A DNA stretch of 32,000 nt, from assembly GCF_000196355.1 (NCBI RefSeq), contig NC_007614.1, positions 1,350,001 to 1,382,000 of the forward strand. The letters are read 5' to 3'. This document shows positions 8,927 to 17,300 of the stretch, one piece after another (the first letter of the stretch is position 1; every line of letters starts with the position of its first letter). A program made the position numbers and the translations under genes. The notes under the pieces are model-generated. The model saw only the letters and a list, made by a program, of their open reading frames with translations. It did no database searches and was not told the DNA's origin. Source of the DNA: Nitrosospira multiformis ATCC 25196. Its GTDB lineage: Bacteria; Pseudomonadota; Gammaproteobacteria; Burkholderiales; Nitrosomonadaceae.

Positions 8927-9421
8927 TCATGCGCCTGGTTCGCTTTCCACCAGGCGCTTTATATTTTGTACCGTTCGTTCCGCTCCATCCTGCACCGCGG
9001 TCCTGATCATTGGCTCGAACGGCCGCATTATCATCTGGATCTCAAGCAATTCGAACTTAAAAAGAAGCCTGGTTGAGCCTGAATTCTGCTCGTCCAGCAA
9101 CTCGTAGACGCAGCGAAAGGGGTCCGAGATGCCGGCAAATGCCACGCGGCGATCGGGCTCATAAATCGTAATCCTGAACTTCGATTCCGAACGATGTCCC
9201 TGGTCAACACGCACCTGGCGTGCGATGGTTCCGAGGCAGACCGGACCATGGGTGAGTTGCTCGAGTTCCTTTACCTCCGGCGACCATCTGGGGTAGTTCA
9301 AAAAGAGATTTTCGCCGATAAATTTGAATGCCTTTCCGGCCGGGCATTCAAGAAGAATGCTAGCCTTACCCACTACTGGCTCGGAAGGGCCCAAGTTGAA
9401 CATCGACCCTAAATTGAACAT
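8927..9421 (-). CDS. SRPBCC-superfamily (polyketide cyclase/dehydrase-like, START/Bet v1 fold) ligand-binding protein
   Basis: 164 aa. Length and sequence pattern are consistent with SRPBCC proteins (FKFIGENLFLNYPRWSPEV...ITIYEPDRRVAF...TRLLFKFE). GAGGAG lies 6 nt upstream of the ATG at 9421. The assignment rests on overall pattern only. Confidence 0.55.
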   Translation of the reverse strand: MFNLGSMFNLGPSEPVVGKASILLECPAGKAFKFIGENLFLNYPRWSPEVKELEQLTHGPVCLGTIARQVRVDQGHRSESKFRITIYEPDRRVAFAGISDPFRCVYELLDEQNSGSTRLLFKFELLEIQMIMRPFEPMIRTAVQDGAERTVQNIKRLVESEPGA

Positions 9422-9504
9422 CTCGGCTCCTCTCTTCTACCTCGAAACGGGATTATATTTATATATCCTGTTGAGTAATCATATCTCTGTGACGCTTACC
9501 CTAT

Positions 9505-9519
9505 CAGGAGTAACTCCTG
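9505..9519. promoter_or_regulatory. Perfect 7-1-7 palindrome CAGGAGT-A-ACTCCTG, candidate operator upstream of the SRPBCC/O-methyltransferase pair
   Basis: It sits between the SDR stop (9530) and the SRPBCC start (9421). A 1-nt spacer is too short for a hairpin loop, so a dimeric-protein site is more plausible than a terminator. An AT-rich stretch (GGATTATATTTATATATCC) follows towards the SRPBCC gene. Confidence 0.3.
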
Positions 9520-9529
9520 CAAATTGTTA

Positions 9530-10411
9530 TTATCCGTTTATTATATTACCGCCATTGGGATGCAGTACCTGTCCTGACATGTAAGAACAATCCTGAGAGG
9601 CGAGAAAGACATAACAAGGAGCGACTTCATCAGGCTGCCCCGCGCGTTTCATGGGGACGTTCTTTCCAAAATCGCCGACTTTATCCGGAGGAAAAGTGGC
9701 CGGTATCAGCGGTGTCCATATTGGACCGGGAGCAACCGCATTTACATGTATTCCCTGTTCGATCAGCTGGAGAGACAGAGAACGGGTAAACGCGACAATT
9801 GCACCCTTGGTCGCAGAGTAATCAAGCAGGTGAGGACTTCCCTTGTAGGCGGTGACAGAGGTGGTGTTGATGATGCGCGCTCCTTTTTTCAGATGCGGGA
9901 GTACAGCCTTCACCATATGGAACATTGAGAATATGTTCGTGCGGAAAGTTTTCTCGAGTTGGGCCTTATCGATATCGAGAATGCTTTCCTGAACATGCTG
10001 CTCGGCCGAGTTATTTACAAGTATTTCGACATGATGAAAGGTGGAAACCGTTTTTTCCACTATCTCGGCACAGAATTTTTCGTCCCCCACATCACCCGCG
10101 ATTAAAATGCATTTTCTTCCGCACTTCTCGACCTCTTCTTTAGTGCGTTGAGCATCTTCATGCTCGTCGAGATAGGCGATTGCAATGTCTGCTCCTTCCT
10201 TTGCGAAAGCAATGGCGACAGATCGTCCAATACCACTATCTCCTCCGGTAACGATCGCAACTTTTGACTCCAGTTTACCGCTTCCATGATATTCGGCCAT
10301 GCCGGAATCGGGTTGAGGGTGCATTTCAGTCTGCAGCCCGGGTTGACGTGATTGCTGCTGCTTCGGAATGTCACTGCCTTTTTTCTCGTATTTCTCGGTC
10401 TCATTGGTCAT
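9530..10411 (-). CDS. SDR-family oxidoreductase, YghA/YdaD (general-stress-protein-39)-like
   Basis: From the internal Met at 10411 it reads MTNETEKYEKKGSDIPKQQQSRQPGLQTEMHPQPDSGMAEYHGSGKLESKVAIVTGGDSGIGR. This is the YghA-type N-terminal extension followed by the TGGDSGIG cofactor motif. NNSA and the catalytic Y..SATK (YSATKGA) follow. The 57 codons upstream in the listed ORF lack similarity. Confidence 0.9.
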   Translation of the reverse strand: MTNETEKYEKKGSDIPKQQQSRQPGLQTEMHPQPDSGMAEYHGSGKLESKVAIVTGGDSGIGRSVAIAFAKEGADIAIAYLDEHEDAQRTKEEVEKCGRKCILIAGDVGDEKFCAEIVEKTVSTFHHVEILVNNSAEQHVQESILDIDKAQLEKTFRTNIFSMFHMVKAVLPHLKKGARIINTTSVTAYKGSPHLLDYSATKGAIVAFTRSLSLQLIEQGIHVNAVAPGPIWTPLIPATFPPDKVGDFGKNVPMKRAGQPDEVAPCYVFLASQDCSYMSGQVLHPNGGNIING

Positions 10412-10485
10412 GACTCTCTCGCTGATCTGGTTAAGCCCGTATCCGGGTATGTTGTCCACCGATGGGTGGGCGATTCGGGGTTCTT

Positions 10486-10503
10486 TTCGATAATTTCGAT
10501 AAT
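10486..10503. repeat. Perfect tandem 9-bp repeat TTCGATAAT x2 upstream of the SDR gene
   Basis: It lies 75-92 bp upstream of the SDR start at 10411, in the 290-bp asmA-SDR spacer. Confidence 0.8.
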
Positions 10504-10701
10504 CTGGTTGATGAGTAACAGACAAGACCAGGTATTGAAGCATTTTCTTGCCATTGCTTGTCATTCCGCAGAAAACAGTCAATTTTCCACGGTTGTGATT
10601 TTTACTCCATTCGCTCGCCCATCAGGATCGGAAAGTGCATTCCCGGTTGGGAAGCGAGTAAAATAAGTAGGAGGGCGGTCATCTCTGAATATTCCTTCCT
10701 A

Positions 10702-12705
10702 TTACTTTGACCGGGACGTCTGGGACGCCGGGGGATGATCCTCATCTTTCTTATCTTTGACTCCAGCCGCGCGCTTCGCTGGCGTTTCCACTGAAGCAAT
10801 CAATGCCCTGCAATTGGCATCTTTGGCCAGTCCGGTTTCAATGGTCGGGATGAGCGCTGCTAGAGGTGTCGCAAGAACTCCCAGTACGACCGCTGCTCCC
10901 GCCCGTATGGCAAGTATCTTGTCGGGAAGGATTGTGGGATCCTTGAAAGTGCCTTCTATGTGAATAGGGGTGCGAAGGCTCAGGATGCTGACATCCTTGG
11001 CTTTGGGAGACAGCTTCATGTCAATCTTTTCTTCAGCCAGGCTTATCTGTCCTTTAGCGACAATTTTGGTATCGGTCGTGTCGATGACGAAAGCTTTGCT
11101 GCTCATGATGCCTTTCTTGATATCAAAGTCGATTACCCCGCACCGCACCGGCACGTTTTTGTCTCCGGCAAACAGGAGCTTGATGATCTGCCCCCCATCA
11201 AGTCCGATCACTTCCAGCAACAGCTTGCTGATCTGGCCGCCGGACATGATCAGGCCAAAGTTTCCATCGGCCGAAGCCAGCAGCGCGCCGACGGACTTGC
11301 CGTGGCTATTAATGTCTATTGCACCGCCGATTACACCTGCACTATTCTTCGTGATTTCGAGCTTAGGAAAGAGCTTTTGCAATTGCAGGCGCTTGACGTC
11401 GACTTTGATTTCTCCCTTGGGCACTTCGGGACGCGTGTTGATTGTGATATTCGAAATGATATTCCCACCCGCCACCGCAAAGTTGACGGGGTTGAGGGTC
11501 AGAAGCCCGTTGTCTATTTTCAAGTGGCTCACGATATGCTTCACCGGCAGTTCCTTGTTGCGGATCGATTCTCCAGTGAACCTTACGTCTGCGTCCATGG
11601 CTTTCAAACGGTCTATCCGGAATTCCTGGTCTGGTAGAAGACGATGCCGCTGTTTCTTCATTGATTCCTTTTTTTCTTTCTTTTCCGCAGGCGTATCCTG
11701 TGGTTGGGGGCCTCGCCGCGCCCCAATAAAACCTTGCAAATCGCTCAGGTCGAGTACTTTGGATACCACGTCGCCTCGAAGGAGCGGCCGCTCGCCTCCC
11801 GTGTCGAATACGATATCCCCGCCAAGATCGCTGTTGCCTACATTTCCGGAAAATCCCTTCATGGACCACTCGGTATCGTGGTGCAAAATCCTTCCGGAAA
11901 TGTGGTACGGGGGGGAGGGGAAAATAACGATGCCGGTTACGGGGTAGAGCGCAGATAAATCCTCTCCGTGTAAGTCCAGCTTCAGATCCACTTCCGCCAT
12001 CTCGGCCAGCCCTTTGATGGTTCCATCCGCGCTTGCGCGCGTTGTTCCCATCTCGGCACTCGCTTTGATCGGATAGGGGATAGTCTTATCCGCAAGCGAC
12101 ATTATCTTGCCGCCTTGCGCTTGCGCGGTGAATTTCAGGTCGGTAAATTTACCTTCCGCTGCCACATGAAGGGGCAATTCTCCGGCGTCCACCGCCGGAT
12201 CCGTGAATACGTCGGCTGCTATATCTGTCTTGGTCTTCGGATCGCGGAAGAGAACTTTTCCCTGATCCAGGGTGAATTGGCCAATTTGAGGCAGTTCCAT
12301 CTTCTTTTTTTCTTCTTTTTTCAGATCCCAGTTTCGCTTTCCATCCATGCTTTTTTCCAGGAGTACCCGGGGCCGCGTGATGGATAGCTCGGGCAACACG
12401 ATATCGCCGGACAGGAGATCCCATAGACTGATGCGCACAGCAACCTTATCCACGGCAACCATGGGTTGTTCGGTCCCCCACTCGGCATTCGCTAGCGAAA
12501 GTCCTTCAACGCTGACGAGGGGATTGAGCGAAAGGTTTACATCGAGATCGCCCCGAATCGTGAATTCACGGCCCGTCCTCTCGGTAACCTGCCGTTCGAT
12601 ATATGGTTTCAGCATATTCCAGTCGAACCACAGGACGAATGCGATGACAAGCAGCAGCAGTGCAACGCCGGAGATCGATAATATTTGCTTGGTACGCACT
12701 CTCAT
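10702..12705 (-). CDS. AsmA-family outer-membrane biogenesis / lipid-transport-like protein
   Basis: About 667 aa from Met22 of the listed ORF. There is an N-terminal signal-anchor (ILSISGVALLLLVIAFVLWF), followed by the AsmA-type segment NMLKPYIERQVTERTGREFTIRGDLDVNLSLNPLVSVEGLSLAN and a long beta-rich periplasmic body. The start could instead be at 12768. Confidence 0.75.
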   Translation of the reverse strand: MRVRTKQILSISGVALLLLVIAFVLWFDWNMLKPYIERQVTERTGREFTIRGDLDVNLSLNPLVSVEGLSLANAEWGTEQPMVAVDKVAVRISLWDLLSGDIVLPELSITRPRVLLEKSMDGKRNWDLKKEEKKKMELPQIGQFTLDQGKVLFRDPKTKTDIAADVFTDPAVDAGELPLHVAAEGKFTDLKFTAQAQGGKIMSLADKTIPYPIKASAEMGTTRASADGTIKGLAEMAEVDLKLDLHGEDLSALYPVTGIVIFPSPPYHISGRILHHDTEWSMKGFSGNVGNSDLGGDIVFDTGGERPLLRGDVVSKVLDLSDLQGFIGARRGPQPQDTPAEKKEKKESMKKQRHRLLPDQEFRIDRLKAMDADVRFTGESIRNKELPVKHIVSHLKIDNGLLTLNPVNFAVAGGNIISNITINTRPEVPKGEIKVDVKRLQLQKLFPKLEITKNSAGVIGGAIDINSHGKSVGALLASADGNFGLIMSGGQISKLLLEVIGLDGGQIIKLLFAGDKNVPVRCGVIDFDIKKGIMSSKAFVIDTTDTKIVAKGQISLAEEKIDMKLSPKAKDVSILSLRTPIHIEGTFKDPTILPDKILAIRAGAAVVLGVLATPLAALIPTIETGLAKDANCRALIASVETPAKRAAGVKDKKDEDHPPASQTSRSK

Positions 12706-12800
12706 GGCAAAGGCGGGTTTCTGAGCCCAAAGCAGAAGAAGAGGGTCATGATACTTCTGCCCATACAACGGTTCGGTACGTCAGCGCACACTAAGAAGAG

Positions 12801-12830
12801 TGCAGGGGGTACCTGCAACCACCTGCAGGT
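12801..12830. other. Cluster of overlapping CCTGCA/TGCAGG inverted repeats between the crp-like stop and the asmA start
   Basis: The sequence is TGCAGG-GGGTA-CCTGCA-ACCA-CCTGCAGG. ACCTGCA(12811-12817)/TGCAGGT(12824-12830) gives a 7-bp stem, and alternative pairings are possible. It is followed on the plus strand by TCGGTTTGTT. Confidence 0.3.
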
Positions 12831-12910
12831 TCGGTTTGTTGGCTGGAAATGGGATAAATGCGATAGAAAAACGCAGCGCTCGGGATGCGGGACGAAGAAA
12901 AGACTGACAG

Positions 12911-13633
12911 TCAGGATTTTTTTACATCGCGAAACAGGCGCTCGAACTCCTTCTTGACGACCTCATAGCATTCACAGACATGTCCCTCCAGTCCCGCACG
13001 GTTGAGGACGGTAATATGTCCCCGGCGGTAGCGAATGATTTCGGCTTGCTGTAACTTGCCGGCGGCCTCGGTAATGCCTTCTCGGCGCACGCCCAGCATA
13101 CTGGCGATGAGCTCCTGAGTCATGACCAGTTCCTGGGAGTTCAGTCGATCGAGCGTCAGCAATAACCAGCGGCACAACTGCTGTTCGATCGTGTGATGTC
13201 GATTGCATACGGCGGTCTGGGAGATCTGTGTTATGAGCGCTTGGGTATAGCGCAGCAATACGCGCTGCAGCGGGCCTCCCTGGTTGAACTCCTGCAGCAG
13301 GAGAGGGCCTTTCAGACGGTAACAGTAGCCAGCTGTCTGAACCGTTGCCCACGTAGGAGTATTCTCGCCGCCCATGAACAACGAAATGCCTAGCAGACCC
13401 TCATTCCCTACGCCGGCAACTTCTGACGATGAACCATTTTCCAGAATATAGTGCAGAGAAATGATGGCCGACGTAGGAAAATAGACGTAGGAAAGGCGCC
13501 CCCCGGATTCGCACAGCACGTCGCCAAGCGGCATATGAACCAGTTCCAGGTGGGGTTTCAGACGTTCGAGTTCTGCCGGGGGCAGAGCGGCTAGAAGGTG
13601 GTTTTGGTTGAACGGTGGCGGGGGATTTTGCAT
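12911..13633 (-). CDS. Crp/Fnr-family transcriptional regulator (cNMP-binding domain + C-terminal HTH)
   Basis: 240 aa. The N-terminus is NHLLAALPPAELERLKPHLELV, followed by a cNMP-binding beta-barrel (VYFPTSAIISL...GVGNEGLLGI). The C-terminal HTH_Crp segment is MTQELIASMLGVRREGITEAAGKLQQAEIIRYRRGHITVLNRAGLE. Confidence 0.88.
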   Translation of the reverse strand: MQNPPPPFNQNHLLAALPPAELERLKPHLELVHMPLGDVLCESGGRLSYVYFPTSAIISLHYILENGSSSEVAGVGNEGLLGISLFMGGENTPTWATVQTAGYCYRLKGPLLLQEFNQGGPLQRVLLRYTQALITQISQTAVCNRHHTIEQQLCRWLLLTLDRLNSQELVMTQELIASMLGVRREGITEAAGKLQQAEIIRYRRGHITVLNRAGLEGHVCECYEVVKKEFERLFRDVKKS

Positions 13634-13692
13634 CCGCTAGTAGGAGAGAAAAAGTCTCATAAAATCGGTTGTAGCCTGGGCACGCTGAAAGA

Positions 13693-13706
13693 AATGCAGA
13701 TGCATT
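13693..13706. promoter_or_regulatory. Inverted repeat AATGCA-GA-TGCATT upstream of the intact Crp/Fnr gene
   Basis: The 6-bp arms are perfect. It lies about 60 bp upstream of the crp-like start (13633) and is followed by direct repeats TCACAGG (N6) TCACAGG at about 13714-13737. Confidence 0.25.
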
Positions 13707-14324
13707 AAAAGGATCTCACAGGCGAATTTCACAGGTTTACGGCTGCAAGGTACCCGTTCAGACCTATGATAGCATTTCTTTCCAGAGACCCGAGGCGGGC
13801 GACAAGGCTTTGCAGTATCCCATTTTGCCGGCTGCCATATTGTGCGCTAGCGTACATACTACGGATGAGGTATCCGTTTATCATTTTCCTGCCTAGAAAA
13901 ATGCCTGCAAAGACGGCTGTGGCCTGCGTCGAAAAGATGTTTGCATCGTTCAAGCCGGTTTCTTTATACACCGGCCCGATATCCGGAGAGAATTGCAAGA
14001 CAAGAGGACGTGGGACTGGAAATTGTAACGATGTCCCCTGAAATCCTGGTAAAAATTTAATGCGGGACCGCTCCAGCCAGGTAACAGCCCTATGAAGACA
14101 CCCTGTAAAGAAGGTGCCAGACAACACTTCCAGAATCGCTCTTTCCCTTTTCTTTTAACCGTCCAGATTCCGGAAAGAGCTGTCAACTTGAGGTGGGGCA
14201 TGACCTTCCGGTATCCAAAGAAAGGACGGGAGCAGAATGTCATGTGGCTCAACCCCTCGATTCGAAGGGGAGGCAATTTTAATACTTCTGCTGCTGACCG
14301 GACATAGCCTGGAGAATATCCGAA

Positions 14325-17300
14325 TTGAACGTTAAAGGTATTCCTGTTTCCGAGCTTTTGAGGCCGGTTACAGCGCGGCTTCGCAATATCGGAAAGCCGC
14401 GTATTCCACTGAATGAAGAACTCCCCCTGCGATCCGAACTGTTCGGCGCGGATCAGATGGAGCTTTACGGGGGCATACTGGCGGCTTCACACGAGTTATC
14501 ATCGGCGCGCGGCACCGATCAGTTGCTGGCCAGGCTGGATGAGAATGAGGCAACGTTATTCAATATCTGCCGTGTGCTGACCGAGGCAGTCATGGCGGAC
14601 AAGCTGCTCACTCCGGCAGGGGAGTGGCTCTATGACAACTTTTACCTCGTCGAGGAACAGATCCGCATTGCCAAGCGGCACCTTCCCAAAAGCTATAGCC
14701 GCGAATTACCCCTCCTTGCCAAGGGCGCATCCGCCAATCTCCCCCGTGTATACGATATAGCATTGCAGGCCATATCGCACGGGGACGGCAGGGTGGATAC
14801 AGAGAGTCTCAGGCGCTTCGTAACCGCGTACCAGTCCGTCGTCAATCTGCAACTGGGTGAACTATGGGCGATACCGATCATGCTGCGGCTATCGCTGATC
14901 GAAAATCTCCGCCGCGTGGGCGTGCATGTGGCAGCGGGCCGGGCAGACCGCAATCTCGCTGATACCTGGGCTGATGAAATCATCCGGGTGGCGGCAAAAG
15001 ATCCGAAAAGTCTTGTTCTCGTCATTGCAGATATGGCGAGATCGAATCCTCCCATGACAACCCCGTTCATTTCGGAACTGGTGCGCCGATTGCAGGGTCA
15101 GGGACCGACCCTGGTGCTGCCATTGACCTGGATCGAGCAGCGGCTGGCTGAATCAAACCAGACGATCGACCAACTGGTGCAACTGGGAAATCAGCAGCAG
15201 GCTGCCGATCAGGTTTCCATCTCGAACAGCATCAACAGCTTGCGGAGTCTGGGCGCCATAGACTGGCGCGAATTCGTCGAAACCACCAGCGTTGTGGAAC
15301 AGACTCTCCGGGAAGATCCAAGTGGAATCTATGCGGACATGGATTTCGCCAGCCGCGACCACTACCGGCATGTGGTGGAGCGGTTGGCCAAGGTAAGTCC
15401 TCTGTCGGAAGTGGACGTGGCCCGGACAGCGCTTCGCCTGGCGCATAACCCGGCGACAAGTACTGCTGGGGAGAACGTTAAGGAGCATGTCGGATTTTAT
15501 CTGACGGGGGATGGTCTCGCTGATCTTGAGGAAGCGATAAAGGTCCGCTGGTCGCTGCATGAGCAATTCTGGCGCACCGCCCGCAAATACCCGCTCTTCT
15601 GGTATCTCAGTAGCATCGCATTCGTTACGCTGGGTCTGACCAGTGCCCTGCTGGTCGAAGCGCTCGAGGATGGCGCAAATGGATGGTTGTTAGGTCTTGT
15701 TGGCATCCTCGCGCTGCTTGCGATGAGTCAATTGGCTGTTGCCCTGGTCAATTGGGCGAGTCCTTTTCTGGTGAAACCTCATCTGCTGCCGCGCCTGGAT
15801 TTCTCCAGTGGTATTCCCTCCTCGTTTCAAACGCTGGTCGTGGTTCCAACCATGCTTTCGCGGGAATCCGAAGTCGCGGCCTTGGTGGAGGCGCTTGAAG
15901 TCCGGTTTTTGGCAAATCAGGACGAGAATGTCTATTTCGGCTTGCTCACCGACTTCATGGATGCGAATCAGGAAACGCTCCCCGAAGACGATTCCCTATT
16001 GAGAATCGCCCGCACCGGAATCGAGGATCTCAATCGAAAGTATGCGAACCATAGTGCAGGTAACATGATCGGTGGCATGAATGGCGCTCCGGAAGCGTCA
16101 GCGCAGAAACAGGAAACGCGGTTTTTTTTGTTCCATCGCCCTCGCCGCTGGAATCCCCAAGAAGGAGTGTGGATGGGTCATGAGCGCAAGCGCGGAAAAC
16201 TGGCGGACTTGAATGCGCTCCTGCGTGGCGAGGGGAGGGAGGCATTTTCCGTGGTAGTGGGCAATACGGATTTGCTTGTCAATATCAAGTACGTCATCAC
16301 CCTCGATACCGATACCCAATTGCCGCGGGAGATCGTTCATCAATTTGTCGGAGCGATGGCTCACCCCCTGAATCGCCCCCGCCTCAAGAGGACCAGCGGG
16401 AACGCTGTGGTAACGGAAGGCTATGGCATTCTGCAGCCCCGGGTGGCGGTGACGTTATCGAGCACCAACCGGTCCCGGTATGCATGGCTATTTGGCGGTG
16501 AAGCAGGCATCGATCCCTATACCAGGGTCGTTTCGGACGTATATCAGGATTTATTCTACGAAGGCTCCTTTATCGGAAAAGGGATCTACGACGTGGATGC
16601 GTTCGAGCAATCGGTCTGCCGACGTTTTCCAGAGAACAGGATTTTAAGCCATGATCTTCTGGAAGGCTGCTACGCTCGCGCCGGCCTGTTGAGCGATGTA
16701 CAGTTGTATGAGCAATTTCCATCCCGGTACAGTGCGGATGTAAGCCGTCGCCACCGCTGGATACGGGGAGACTGGCAATTGGCGAGCTGGTTGCTTGCCC
16801 GGGTTCCGGGTCCCGGCGGAAGTAATCAGCCAAACCCGTTGTCGATTCTGTCGAGATGGAAGCTGATGGATAACCTCCGGCGCAGTCTTGTGCCGGTAGC
16901 CCTGCTGCTGCTTCTGCTGGTGGGTTGGCTGGCTCTCGACAACGCGTGGTTCTGGACACTGGTGGTAATCGGTACGGTCATTATTCCGAGCGCCATTACC
17001 ATGGCCTCCGATCTGCTGAAAAGACAGGGCGACGCCCCTCTGCGCGCTCACGTCATCACTACGCTACGCACTGGCGGCCGCCATTTCGCACAAAACCTGT
17101 TCGGGCTGGTCTGCCTCCCGTACGAGGCTTATTTCAGCCTCGATGCGATACTGCGCACCCATGTGCGACTCCTCCTTACGCACCGCCGGCTTCTTGAATG
17201 GACTCCTTCCCATCTTGCGGAACGCGAATATGATTCGACGAATAGATGGGGCGGCGTCGGCGCTTCCTTCAGGTCGATGTGGATAGCGCCGGCGACCGCG

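Noticed and set aside
10970-11947. Long antisense ORFs inside large genes. Examples are the 325-aa and 225-aa plus-strand ORFs opposite asmA, 2465..3010 and 2487..3008 within the ABC gene, and many 60-160-aa ORFs on the minus strand of the glucan synthase gene.
   Set aside because: They lie entirely within and opposite strongly supported genes. They are Arg/Ser/Pro-rich or low-complexity and show no motifs. This is typical of shadow ORFs in moderately GC-rich DNA.
13729-14276. Minus-strand ORFs of 132 aa (13729..14127) and 108 aa (13950..14276), and a plus-strand 91-aa ORF (13766..14041), in the cgs leader.
   Set aside because: They are mutually overlapping, have no recognisable domain or signal sequence and no convincing SD. 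I could not distinguish them from chance ORFs, so the region is reported as an unexplained leader instead.
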